Assembly: GCA_963677485.1 (NCBI GenBank)
Contig: OY781964.1
Location: forward strand, 3,904,001 to 3,968,000
Direction of reading: 5' to 3'
Length of the DNA stretch: 64,000 nt
Source: Armatimonadota bacterium
Lineage (GTDB): Bacteria; Armatimonadota; HRBIN16
The position numbers and the translations under genes are program-made. Below, piece by piece: positions 36,759 to 45,934 of the stretch (position 1 is its first letter; every line of letters begins with the position of its first letter). The notes below the pieces were generated by a model that saw only the letters and a program-made list of their open reading frames with translations, was not told where the DNA came from and did not search any database.

Positions 36759-38906
36759 TTATAGCGGTCGGCTGCGCTTTGCAGCCTTCATACGCAGAAT
36801 GCATCCTGCCCATGGATCCAGCTTTGCTTCCGCTACGGTACCGGTCAGCATCGAACGGCTGCCCGATATGGGCTCCCACATTTCAGCCTGTTTGCCGGTG
36901 AGCTCGATTTGACCATTCCAAGCCTTATCGCTTTCGTTCATCACGAAATAGATGTCATATCCGTCTTTTCGCCGATGGGTCATGCGCAGATTGGCGTTGT
37001 CCGAGGCCTTCAGTTGCGGGCTTAGCCATTGGTCCACTACCTTGCCTGTTTGAAGCGCATCGGCTTCGGTGATGAACTTCACATGCCCTGATCGATCTTT
37101 CAGCATGGCTTCAACCTGTTTGGCCATGCCGGGAGCCGGGAACGCCTCGGTTGTGTTCATCGGCTTTGTGCCTACGAATAAGATGCGACCACCGGATTTC
37201 CAGTATTTCACCAGATTCGTCCAGGCTGCCTTTGGTATGGTGTCGACGGCTGGTAACACGACCGCACGATAACTGCTCCTGCCAATAACCAGTTCGCCAC
37301 TCCTGACAGCAGCTTTGGCAAGGCTGTTGGTATGCAGGTAGTCGTAGTCACGCATATCTTCAAACAGGCTGCGAGTGACATCGCGTTGCACATACCCGAT
37401 GCTGGCACATGCGGGTGTCACGTCCATCGTATACTGTTTTGATGGCGTAAAATGGGCCCATACGCTTTCGATAGGATACAGCACGGCCACGTCCGCTACG
37501 CGATAGCCATCATACATCATGCTGTTGACACGTGATACGTATTGCAGGAGTGATTTGATCACCTTTGGATCATGTTTGTTGTAGCTGGAATAGGTATTGA
37601 ATGCGGTGATACCACCCCACAATGCGCGGTTATAGGCCCCGCGGAGCAGTTCACCAGACAGAACGACGTCACCCATCACCTGCTGATGGTAGTCGCTGAT
37701 CTCGCACATCACGTTTCTGGATCCATCAAGTTGCGCCACGCTGCTTGCAAATCGGGCAGCGTCGTAGGGCACATGGCTGTCCATGCCAGAAAGGGTGCCG
37801 GATCTAGCAATACGGGGATCACTGCTTAATATATCGATACCCGGGGCATCCAGCGCCTGCATGCTGACAAACAGGTCGCCGTAGAGCGGGACTTGGTGGA
37901 CGACGTTCTCTTCTAGCAGCAAGTGGCCACCGGAGAGGGTGTGGTGCGCCTTAGCCCACTTGCGTATCGGTGCCAGGAAGTTTTGCGAAAAGAGCTCCGC
38001 TATGGTTTTGTAGTAGTCACAGCGTACTTTGGCTGTGTCTGGCAGCACATCCGCTACCAGGGCAGGCAGTTTTGGGGTGAGGTCATACCCGCGCCTCTTC
38101 TTGAACTCCTGCAGCATCACGCTGGACCAGGGTAACACTCCGTATTCCTGGCGGTTGAAAAACATCGCCAGGGTGCTCGGTTCATCTGTGAAGGTGCTGA
38201 CAAATGATTTGCCCATATCCTGGCCAAGGTGCTTGGCAACAGCATCATGTGTCACTTCGATAAATCTTTTTGTGGTTAATGAACTCAGCAAGTCTACATG
38301 GTGCATACTCACGGGTGATGCGATGCCCTCTAGCTGAGTGCCGTTATATTGTGTGACGATGATCACCCGCCAACTGCCTAGAGGTAAGGAAAACGCCAGT
38401 GAATTGCCTTGCGTGCTTGATTTCAGGTCGATGTTTCGGCCAGATCCAAATGCTGTGCCGTTCATCAACCTACCAGGGGGTAGCACAACGGTGTGTTTCC
38501 CGCCATCGAGCTTAAGATCAGACGTGTAAAGGCTTTGAACAATTAGCTCCGGGTGCCCCTGAAGCACCAGTTTGCCGGCGCGGCCACTCGGGTAGCCATT
38601 TTCATCATAAAACCATGCCTGCATTCCCTGGTCATGCAGACACTGAACTGCATTCTTCAGTGCCTCGAAATTCGCGCTGGTCTGTGCGTATCCATCCCCG
38701 AGGGGCAGGCTGCTGACAAAGCCGCCAAACCCCATTTCTTTGGCGGTTCGGATTCGGTCTTGGGCCTGCTGTTTATCAGCAGGCCAGTAGTGTTCAATGC
38801 GAAACACTTTCGCTTCCGCAGGTGGTGCGCAGAAGGCTTCCCACATAGGGTCTTTTGAAGAACCGACCTTAGCCGATCCACTGGGTGTGATCACGCTAAA
38901 GCTCAT
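36759..38906 (-). CDS. Glycoside hydrolase GH106-like, paralog without obvious signal peptide
   Basis: Same motifs as its neighbour (FYDENGYPSGRAG, FTDEPS, GHLLLEE, PGID) and colinear with it. Start overlaps the upstream stop. Confidence 0.75.
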   Translation of the reverse strand: MSFSVITPSGSAKVGSSKDPMWEAFCAPPAEAKVFRIEHYWPADKQQAQDRIRTAKEMGFGGFVSSLPLGDGYAQTSANFEALKNAVQCLHDQGMQAWFYDENGYPSGRAGKLVLQGHPELIVQSLYTSDLKLDGGKHTVVLPPGRLMNGTAFGSGRNIDLKSSTQGNSLAFSLPLGSWRVIIVTQYNGTQLEGIASPVSMHHVDLLSSLTTKRFIEVTHDAVAKHLGQDMGKSFVSTFTDEPSTLAMFFNRQEYGVLPWSSVMLQEFKKRRGYDLTPKLPALVADVLPDTAKVRCDYYKTIAELFSQNFLAPIRKWAKAHHTLSGGHLLLEENVVHQVPLYGDLFVSMQALDAPGIDILSSDPRIARSGTLSGMDSHVPYDAARFASSVAQLDGSRNVMCEISDYHQQVMGDVVLSGELLRGAYNRALWGGITAFNTYSSYNKHDPKVIKSLLQYVSRVNSMMYDGYRVADVAVLYPIESVWAHFTPSKQYTMDVTPACASIGYVQRDVTRSLFEDMRDYDYLHTNSLAKAAVRSGELVIGRSSYRAVVLPAVDTIPKAAWTNLVKYWKSGGRILFVGTKPMNTTEAFPAPGMAKQVEAMLKDRSGHVKFITEADALQTGKVVDQWLSPQLKASDNANLRMTHRRKDGYDIYFVMNESDKAWNGQIELTGKQAEMWEPISGSRSMLTGTVAEAKLDPWAGCILRMKAAKRSRPL

Positions 38907-39921
38907 ATGTTGGGACCCATACCTGAGCCACGGTTCCGGTCAGTTGGGTGATGAGCAGCAGAAGACCATCCTTGTTTTCGCCATTTCGTATGAGACGAAT
39001 TTCCTTAATAACGCCGGGTATCGGATCGCTCTGCCAGAGCATCATCATACCGCCATCGGGGTCGTTGGATTGCTGGCTGAGTACCAGCACATTGCCCTCG
39101 GGGTTGGGCCTGATGAACAGCATTGGACCATCACCACCAAAACGGGCATTCAACCGCGCCTGCAGCACGGGGAGGCCCTGCGCAACCAATTTCGATTCGT
39201 TGATGTCCGCCATGTTGATGGGGTTGACTGCCCAAATGGCATCTGTATCTTTAGTGGCACTTTGAAGATCGAGAAGTCGGACCTGACCAGCAGATGAGAA
39301 GCTGAGCCAGTCACCGCCTAGCTTTAAGGGCTTCACGGCTGCTGATTTCCACAATCCGCCAGGGAAAGCGGCCATCGGTTGAATGGCTCCGTTCTTGTTG
39401 ATGCTCACTAAATACCATGGCACTTCCTGCGGACGCCTCACCGTCTTGTATGCGGTCTTGTTCCAGTAGACCATCTGTGAGGCGGTGAACAACTGGTCAA
39501 GTGGCTCATTGGGAAGCAGTTTCCCTGCCAGCAGAGTGGTGCTAGCTTCCTGGTGCATGGGGATCACTGTTTCTGTGACCCAAAGCCCGTTCGCATCGGC
39601 CTTTTGAATGTTGAGCTTGCAGCCTGTTGGGGTATCGATACGGAACACCATGCGGGTCTTGCCATCGAAATGCGGACGGGCGATTTCGACTGCCGTACAA
39701 CCGACAGGGGCGGGGATGGTATTAGCTAGCTGCCAGCCCATGAATGCTGCTCCTGGCTTTCTCACGGTGGTCGTGGGGGGCTTGACTGGCGGCTGTGCGG
39801 GTGTTTCTGTCACGACAGGTGCTGGAGGCGGTGTGGCCGTGCCCTCAGCAGGTTGCTGGGCCATGGCGGTGACGGTACTGTATGCAGCGAGTGCGAGCAC
39901 TAGATACTGAGCTGTTTTCAT
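38896..39921 (-). CDS. Secreted hypothetical protein with Pro/Thr-rich N-terminal linker
   Basis: Signal peptide MKTAQYLVLALAAYSTVTAMA, then PAEGTATPPPAPVVTETPAQPPVKPP. AGGAG RBS. Confidence 0.75.
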   Translation of the reverse strand: MKTAQYLVLALAAYSTVTAMAQQPAEGTATPPPAPVVTETPAQPPVKPPTTTVRKPGAAFMGWQLANTIPAPVGCTAVEIARPHFDGKTRMVFRIDTPTGCKLNIQKADANGLWVTETVIPMHQEASTTLLAGKLLPNEPLDQLFTASQMVYWNKTAYKTVRRPQEVPWYLVSINKNGAIQPMAAFPGGLWKSAAVKPLKLGGDWLSFSSAGQVRLLDLQSATKDTDAIWAVNPINMADINESKLVAQGLPVLQARLNARFGGDGPMLFIRPNPEGNVLVLSQQSNDPDGGMMMLWQSDPIPGVIKEIRLIRNGENKDGLLLLITQLTGTVAQVWVPTYEL

Positions 39922-39962
39922 TGTGACTCCTATATGGTTTCTTTCTACAAGCAGATTACCAC

Positions 39963-39992
39963 AAAGCCCCGCCGAAAAATCGGCGGGGCTTT
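39963..39992. terminator. Rho-independent terminator downstream of htrA (symmetric)
   Basis: AAAGCCCCGCCGA aaaa TCGGCGGGGCTTT. Confidence 0.85.
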
Positions 39993-40010
39993 GATATGGC
40001 GGTCATCCTG

Positions 40011-41522
40011 TCAGGGTACAGATATCCTTACTCGCATAGTGGAGCCGTCACCACCCTGACTTTTAGCTCTTCGCAGAATGAAGACAGGACGGTCACCAGA
40101 CTTGTATGCGTCCAACTTGGTTTGGAACTCCTTAACGGAACTGATGGCGTCACCATCGATGGATTGCACGACATCACCTGGCACGATACCCACTTCTTGA
40201 GCAGGCGAGTCTGGGGCGATACCGTTGACGATCACGCCCTTAGTATCTCGTGGCAGACCCAGCTCGTTCAGAGCCTTGGGTGTGATGTTTTCCACGCTGA
40301 TGCCCAGCTTCTGTGCGCTCTCAGGGTTTGCTTGATCACCAACGCCGCTCTCACCAGGTACTGACGGTGCTTCACCGATCTTGACTTTTACAGTCATTGG
40401 CTTCGACTGACGCAGTATGCTCATTGTGACGGTTGTGTTCGGCTTCGTGCGGCTGATGATGTCCCGCAGATCAAGGTCGTTACGGACTTCTTGATCGCCG
40501 ATTTTGGTAATGACATCCTCGACACGAATACCGGCTTCTGCTGCGGGTGTACCGTCATTAACACTGGCCACCAGCGCGCCTTGTTTGGTGCCCAGCCGCT
40601 TTTCGTCTTCGGCTGTGACGGCCTCAGGCACAATTCCGAGGAAGCCGCGGACCACTTTACCCGATCCCATAAGCTGTTCCATCACGTAGTGAGCGGTGTC
40701 TACAGGCACTGCAAATCCGATGCCAGCAAAGCTGCCGGTGGGGGATTCGATGGCCGTATTCACTCCAATGACCTCACCGCGGATGTTCAGCAATGGCCCA
40801 CCGGAGTTGCCAGGGTTGATCGTGGCGTCTGTCTGGATGAGATTAGTATAGAACCTCTCATCATTGCCTCCGCCAATCTCTTCTTGACGTCCTATGGCAC
40901 TGACCACGCCCACGGTAATGGTGTTGCGCTTGCCAAACGGGCTGCCGATAGCGATAGCCCACTGTCCAGGCTTCACGCTGTTGCTGGACCCCAGTTTGGC
41001 AGTTGGCAGGTTGGTGGCGTTGATCTTAATCAAGGCGATGTCGCTGCGGAAGTCCCGTTTTACTTCGCCCGGGAACCTGCGGCCATCGTTCAGTAAAACC
41101 TCAACTTTATCTGCTCCACTGACCACATGGTCGTTGGTCAGGATGTATCCATCGTTGCGTACGATAAACCCGGAGCCGATGCCTTTCGATTTGCCGCCCG
41201 GTGCGGCACCATCACCCCCAAACGGGAATGGAAAGGCGTCTCCACCCGGAAACTGGAGTTTTGGTTGTGCAGGTGCAGATTTCTCCGAATAGATAGTCAC
41301 AACAGCAGGCGACACCTGATCGGCTATATTGGTAAACGCGGATTGTAGTTGTTCTGCAGAAGCGAGTACACCTCCGCTGTTGACATCGGCAGTAGCGTAG
41401 GTGCCCGCAGCGTTGACGACGACAGGCCTCTGCATGGCGGTTCCCAGGAAGGCACCTAGTGCCACACTTCCCAGAATGAGAGTCGTCATTATCCCTGGAG
41501 ATAGATGCTTATTGTTTTTCAT
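40011..41522 (-). CDS. htrA: HtrA/DegP-family serine protease with two PDZ domains
   Basis: GSGFIV..TNDHVV, DIALIKI, IQTDATINPGNSGGPL triad motifs; two PDZ domains; N-terminal TM. GGGAGG RBS. Confidence 0.93.
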   Translation of the reverse strand: MKNNKHLSPGIMTTLILGSVALGAFLGTAMQRPVVVNAAGTYATADVNSGGVLASAEQLQSAFTNIADQVSPAVVTIYSEKSAPAQPKLQFPGGDAFPFPFGGDGAAPGGKSKGIGSGFIVRNDGYILTNDHVVSGADKVEVLLNDGRRFPGEVKRDFRSDIALIKINATNLPTAKLGSSNSVKPGQWAIAIGSPFGKRNTITVGVVSAIGRQEEIGGGNDERFYTNLIQTDATINPGNSGGPLLNIRGEVIGVNTAIESPTGSFAGIGFAVPVDTAHYVMEQLMGSGKVVRGFLGIVPEAVTAEDEKRLGTKQGALVASVNDGTPAAEAGIRVEDVITKIGDQEVRNDLDLRDIISRTKPNTTVTMSILRQSKPMTVKVKIGEAPSVPGESGVGDQANPESAQKLGISVENITPKALNELGLPRDTKGVIVNGIAPDSPAQEVGIVPGDVVQSIDGDAISSVKEFQTKLDAYKSGDRPVFILRRAKSQGGDGSTMRVRISVP

Positions 41523-41566
41523 TTTGGAGCTGATCCTCCCACTTAACTTCACTGGTTGGTATATAG

Positions 41567-42130
41567 TTACTCAGAATAACTGACGAACGACACGGGTTGA
41601 ATGTTAGCACTGGAGCCTCGCCATTCACTCTCTGGTCGTATTGGTCGCCAACTATGGTAGGTCTTGTCGAGCCCTGTCCATCGTTGCTTGATCTCTTCAG
41701 CTTCTGTTTGTAACCGTGATAGGTCGATTCGTCTTGGGGCTTCAATTTCGTTATTTAGCTTCAGGGCAACAGTCACATACGATGCCGGATGTGAAAGCTG
41801 ATAGCCTATGACCGTCAGGAACACACCGCAGAACGCCAGAGCCGGCCTCATCATTTTTGAGTGGTGAAACCATTTGGTCCATATAGGCTGGACGTTTCTG
41901 TTGGTTTGCTGGCTTTGAGATACCGCCGCGAACAGCTTCTGTTCGAAATCAGCACTCGGGGCGGGCCCTTGCAGCCTGGCCATCATACGTTTCATCGCGA
42001 GCATCTGTTGATATTCCGTTGAGCAATCTGGACATTGTCTAAGATGCTGACTGACAATCTGCATCTCGATACCACTGAGCTCTTTGTCCATGTATGCGGA
42101 AATCATGTTTTGGGTCTGTGTGCATGTCAT
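41567..42130 (-). CDS. Zinc-binding anti-sigma factor (zf-HC2/ZAS) with one TM helix
   Basis: C..ISAYMDKEL..HLRQCPDC (HxxxCxxC), TM ALAFCGVFLTVIGY. ATGA overlap with the ECF sigma gene. Confidence 0.9.
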   Translation of the reverse strand: MTCTQTQNMISAYMDKELSGIEMQIVSQHLRQCPDCSTEYQQMLAMKRMMARLQGPAPSADFEQKLFAAVSQSQQTNRNVQPIWTKWFHHSKMMRPALAFCGVFLTVIGYQLSHPASYVTVALKLNNEIEAPRRIDLSRLQTEAEEIKQRWTGLDKTYHSWRPIRPESEWRGSSANIQPVSFVSYSE

Positions 42131-42726
42131 GGTTGGAACTCCTTAAGAAAGTCGGATCCAGCATTGGTCACGAGCCAGTCTTTCATTGCTTTACGTGCTC
42201 TGTGCAGCCGTGACCTGACGGTCCCCTGGCTACATCCGAGAAGCTCTGCGATCTCTTCATAGCTCATCCCTTGCATGTCCGCAAGGATCACTGTTTCACG
42301 AAAGTCAGGTGATAGTGTGTTCAATGCTTTTTGAAGGTTATGATCTATCTCAAATGCCATCATCACCGATTGTGGTTCATTTGTTACGTCTGGCAGTTCG
42401 AAGTGACGCTGATCATCACCACTGGCATTGAGTGGCTGGTCAAGCGAGATCGGCAGTTTTGATGGCCGCCTTCGAATCATATCAACAAAGGCATTTCGTG
42501 TAATGCGGTACATCCAATTCTCAAATGGCATCGCATTGTTGTACCGATGGAAGAACCGGTAAGCGCGTACAAAAGCTTCCTGAGTCAGGTCCTCTGCATC
42601 AGCGCGATGCCCACTTAGGCGATAGGCTATCGCATAGACGGTTCTATAATGTTTACGCATCAAATCATCAAATGACATGGGTTGTGCGTTACAGATGGTT
42701 TGTGCGCTTTGTGTGGTTGCATCCAT
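42127..42726 (-). CDS. ECF (group 4) sigma factor
   Basis: DAEDLTQEAFVRAY, FENWMYRITRNAFVD, GMSYEEIAELLGCSQGTVRSRLHRAR. GGAGG before ATG 42726. Confidence 0.93.
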   Translation of the reverse strand: MDATTQSAQTICNAQPMSFDDLMRKHYRTVYAIAYRLSGHRADAEDLTQEAFVRAYRFFHRYNNAMPFENWMYRITRNAFVDMIRRRPSKLPISLDQPLNASGDDQRHFELPDVTNEPQSVMMAFEIDHNLQKALNTLSPDFRETVILADMQGMSYEEIAELLGCSQGTVRSRLHRARKAMKDWLVTNAGSDFLKEFQP

Positions 42727-42748
42727 TTGAGCGTCCTCCTGTTTTACA

Positions 42749-42777
42749 TTACGCATGGAGTTCCTTCCTCAGTTCCC
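42749..42777 (-). promoter_or_regulatory. Possible autoregulatory ECF promoter
   Basis: Minus strand GGAACT-N17-CGTAA just upstream of the ECF RBS; spacing slightly long compared with common ECF consensus sequences. Confidence 0.35.
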
Positions 42778-42843
42778 ATATGGCAAAAGAGGCGCGGAGT
42801 GCAATACATCCGCGCCTCAGTCGCTGTTTTTCTTGATGCTGTT

Positions 42844-43314
42844 TTATTTTTCATCTTTGGGGACAGGTTCAAGCAGCAGTTTCTTGGTATACAGGAAATC
42901 AGCGCGATGGTAGTCAGAAAGCTCGAAGTCTTCCCGTAACACAATCGCCTCTGTAGGACAGGCTTCCTGGCAATAACCACAGAAGATGCAGCGCAGCATA
43001 TTGATTTCGTAACGAACCGCATACCGCTCACCAGGACTAATTCTGTGCTCATCGGTGTTCTCGGCAGCTTCCACATAGATGCAGCGTGACGGGCATGCTC
43101 CAGCACACAGGCTGCAACCAATGCACCGCTCCAACCCGTTTTCGTGGCGAGTCAGTACATGACGCCAGCGGGTGCGTTCAAAGACAGGTCTTCGCTCTTC
43201 GGGGTATTCCACAGTGACGGGTTTTGTAAACGGGGGCTGATGCCGGTAGGTAATCCCCAAGCCTTTGGTGATGGCGATCAGCCCGTCTTTAAATCCTATG
43301 AAGGGGTTACCCAT
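42844..43314 (-). CDS. nuoI: NADH-quinone oxidoreductase subunit I
   Basis: [19 protein letters not shown] and [12 protein letters not shown] 2x[4Fe-4S] motifs. Start overlaps the nuoB stop (TAATG). Confidence 0.95.
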   Translation of the reverse strand: MGNPFIGFKDGLIAITKGLGITYRHQPPFTKPVTVEYPEERRPVFERTRWRHVLTRHENGLERCIGCSLCAGACPSRCIYVEAAENTDEHRISPGERYAVRYEINMLRCIFCGYCQEACPTEAIVLREDFELSDYHRADFLYTKKLLLEPVPKDEK

Positions 43315-43877
43315 TATATGTCCTCCGCTTTCGGTGCCCAGGAGCCTAATTCGACCAGGCTGTCTGTAGTACCCTGCCGGACTTTGCGCTGTAACTGCAA
43401 AAGACCGTACAGCAGGGCATCCGGGGTGGGGGGGCATCCGGGGACATAGATATCAACGGGAACGATCTGGTCTACACCTTGGAGAATGGCGTAGTTGTTG
43501 AATACACCACCGGATGATGCACATGCGCCCATACTCACCACCCATTTAGGGTTAGGCATCTGGTCGTAGATGGTGCGAAGCACTGGCCCCATTTTCTTGC
43601 TGACACGCCCTGCGACAATCATCACGTCCGCTTGCCTGGGGCTTGGCCGGAAAACTTCCATGCCAAATCGCGAGCCATCAAAAGTGGCCGCCATGGAAGC
43701 CATCATCTCAATAGCGCAACAGGCCAGACCGAATGTGACGGGCCATAACGAGTTTGCTCGGCCCCACTTCACTATTTCGTCAAGTGAGCCAATGAGGATG
43801 TTGCCTTTTTGTATTGTGCCCGGTATTTGCGGCATGGATGTGTCGTGGGCGCTAATCTCAACGATGCGTTGTGCCAT
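43314..43877 (-). CDS. nuoB: NADH-quinone oxidoreductase subunit B
   Basis: [51 protein letters not shown]. Confidence 0.96.
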   Translation of the reverse strand: MAQRIVEISAHDTSMPQIPGTIQKGNILIGSLDEIVKWGRANSLWPVTFGLACCAIEMMASMAATFDGSRFGMEVFRPSPRQADVMIVAGRVSKKMGPVLRTIYDQMPNPKWVVSMGACASSGGVFNNYAILQGVDQIVPVDIYVPGCPPTPDALLYGLLQLQRKVRQGTTDSLVELGSWAPKAEDI

Positions 43878-44103
43878 ATATCTGAACCTTTCGGTAATTG
43901 ACGTCAAAACGGAATATCACAGTTACAGTTTACCTCAATGGCTTGACGCAATCACTTGATGATGCTGTATGCTTTGGTCCGCCACCTGCCATTGCTCAGC
44001 CAAATCCCCATATATACGTCGTAAACTTTAGATACCTTCCGGGCGCCCCAGAGGGGTATGATTCCTTATAGCCAGGGGTGAGCGTTTCGCTATTACATTT
44101 CTT

Positions 44104-44354
44104 GGTTGGCTATGTCCGGGGCGGTCTGTCAGTACACCTGCGGAGGCCACTGACTATAGACCGCGCCGGTCTCGTTCCTGACACATATCTTTGATGGCTA
44201 TCCGCCAGACCGGCGCGGTCTTGAGCCTTCTGCAGCCGCTAGCCTCCGGCCAGACCGCCCCGGACATAGGCAACGAATGGCTGCAATACAGGCGAACAGC
44301 CATTCGCATATGACTCTGTCGCCTCAGCGTGACGCGTTAGTTACAGCCTGGGCT
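44104..44354 (-). repeat. Dispersed ~250-bp nested inverted-repeat element, copy 2
   Basis: Reverse complement aligns without gaps to 27247-27497; by manual count the 167-bp core differs at 13 positions. IR arms 44110-44128 / 44251-44269. Confidence 0.9.
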
Positions 44355-44387
44355 GCCACCTGCCAGTGCTGGTGGCTGCCGACCGTG

Positions 44388-45509
44388 TTACAGACGCTGG
44401 TTGATGCCTGTGTATTTCAGGTTGGATGGCCCAGTGTATTCTGCGCGGGGACGGAGCAGGCGGTTATTGCCGAACTGCTCCATGATATGCGCTGTCCAGC
44501 CAGAGATGCGGCTGGCGGCAAATACCGGTGTGAACATATCTATCGGGATGCCCATCATGTATTGCACGCTGGCACTGTAGAAGTCCACATTGGTGTAAAG
44601 GCCTTTTTCCTTGAGGACCAGCTCCGCGATAAGCTGCGACATGTTATACCAGGTCATATCATCCTGCTCCTCGCACAACAGCTTGGTGAGGTTTCGCAGG
44701 TGCTTGCTGCGCGGATCTTCGCATTTGTATACCCTGTGGCCAAAGCCCATCACACGCTTTTTAGCAATGAGGAGGCCGTGGATATACTCTTCGGCTTTGG
44801 TATCCTCGCCGATGTCAAGCAGCATTTTCATGACTTCCTCATTAGCTCCGCCATGTAAAGCACCACCTAATGCCCCGATAGCTCCTACCACGCCTGCATA
44901 CATATCTGCGAGGGTAGATACGATGACCCTGCCAGTGAAGGTGCTGGCATTCAGCTCGTGGTCGGCATGAAGTATCAACATTGTGTTCATGGCGTCGGTA
45001 TGCAGTTTGTTAGGCATTGTGCCGGTCAGCATATACAGGAAGTTTGCGGCATGTCCCAGTGACGGTTCGCTTTTGATGGGCAGTTCACCGCGGCGTATGC
45101 GCTCTATAGCGGTGATGATGCTGGGCAGTCTGGCAGTGAGCCGTGTGGCTTTACGTATGTTGGCATCGGCTGTGTTGTTGTTTGAATCCTGATCGTAGTT
45201 ACTCAGGACAGAGACCACTGTACGCAGAACATCCAAAGGGCGTGAAGTTTGTGGTATCTCAAACAATAGCTTCATGACTTGAGCTGGAAGGTCGCGGTTT
45301 TCTACCATGTGCTGGTAGTGCCTGTCATATTCCGCCTGGTTAGGCAGACGGCCGTGCCACAAGAGGAAGGTCACCTCCTCAAAGGTGGCGTTGACTGCCA
45401 GATCATCGATGTCGTAGCCGCTATATATTAACTGGCCCGTTTTGCCATTGATGTCCGATATGGCTGAGGGGCCAATCACAACATCCTCTAGTCCTGTTGC
45501 GTGTATCAA
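44388..45509 (-). CDS. gltA: Citrate synthase (short, dimeric type; 2-methylcitrate synthase not excluded)
   Basis: GLEDV, LHADHELNASTF, LHGGANE, MGFGHRVYK..DPR, NVDFYS. Confidence 0.9.
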   Translation of the reverse strand: MIHATGLEDVVIGPSAISDINGKTGQLIYSGYDIDDLAVNATFEEVTFLLWHGRLPNQAEYDRHYQHMVENRDLPAQVMKLLFEIPQTSRPLDVLRTVVSVLSNYDQDSNNNTADANIRKATRLTARLPSIITAIERIRRGELPIKSEPSLGHAANFLYMLTGTMPNKLHTDAMNTMLILHADHELNASTFTGRVIVSTLADMYAGVVGAIGALGGALHGGANEEVMKMLLDIGEDTKAEEYIHGLLIAKKRVMGFGHRVYKCEDPRSKHLRNLTKLLCEEQDDMTWYNMSQLIAELVLKEKGLYTNVDFYSASVQYMMGIPIDMFTPVFAASRISGWTAHIMEQFGNNRLLRPRAEYTGPSNLKYTGINQRL

Positions 45510-45621
45510 ATTCAGAAACTCCCTTCAAATCGCAATGTGAGTAAGCCTTTGGGTAGGTGGCTGGATAACGCCTCTCTATCTCAAATATACTCATTCTACG
45601 AGTGGTAAGTCGATCGTTTGG

Positions 45622-45924
45622 CTAGATTTCGAAATCAAACGCGAGTATATCCGAGCTGTTCGGGCGGACGAACTGAGTCACTACTCGCTGATGCGCATCG
45701 GACGGACCATAGGCAAGTAACGCCTGTTTGTCCACAAACCGCGTGCATAATGCGGTGTGATACCCCTTGCTGCGGGTGCTGAAATCATCACCTACATAGG
45801 TATCTAGAATCCCGCCAACTGCATTCTTGAGGTTCAAGAGCTCTTGTTTGATTAGCTCGATCGTCTCTTGGTTCACATCATCGTTCCATCGAAATAACAC
45901 GATGTGTATCACTTCACGGCTCAT
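45622..45924 (-). CDS. Dabb family stress-responsive A/B barrel protein
   Basis: IHIVLFRW..GYHTAL..F.D..AL.AY....HQ..LAFDF. Confidence 0.85.
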   Translation of the reverse strand: MSREVIHIVLFRWNDDVNQETIELIKQELLNLKNAVGGILDTYVGDDFSTRSKGYHTALCTRFVDKQALLAYGPSDAHQRVVTQFVRPNSSDILAFDFEI

Positions 45925-45934
45925 AATATACTCC

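Noticed and set aside
29007-38906. Diversity-generating retroelement template/variable repeats among the paralogs
   Set aside because: Similarity spans whole genes, differences are not adenine-specific, and no reverse transcriptase is present.
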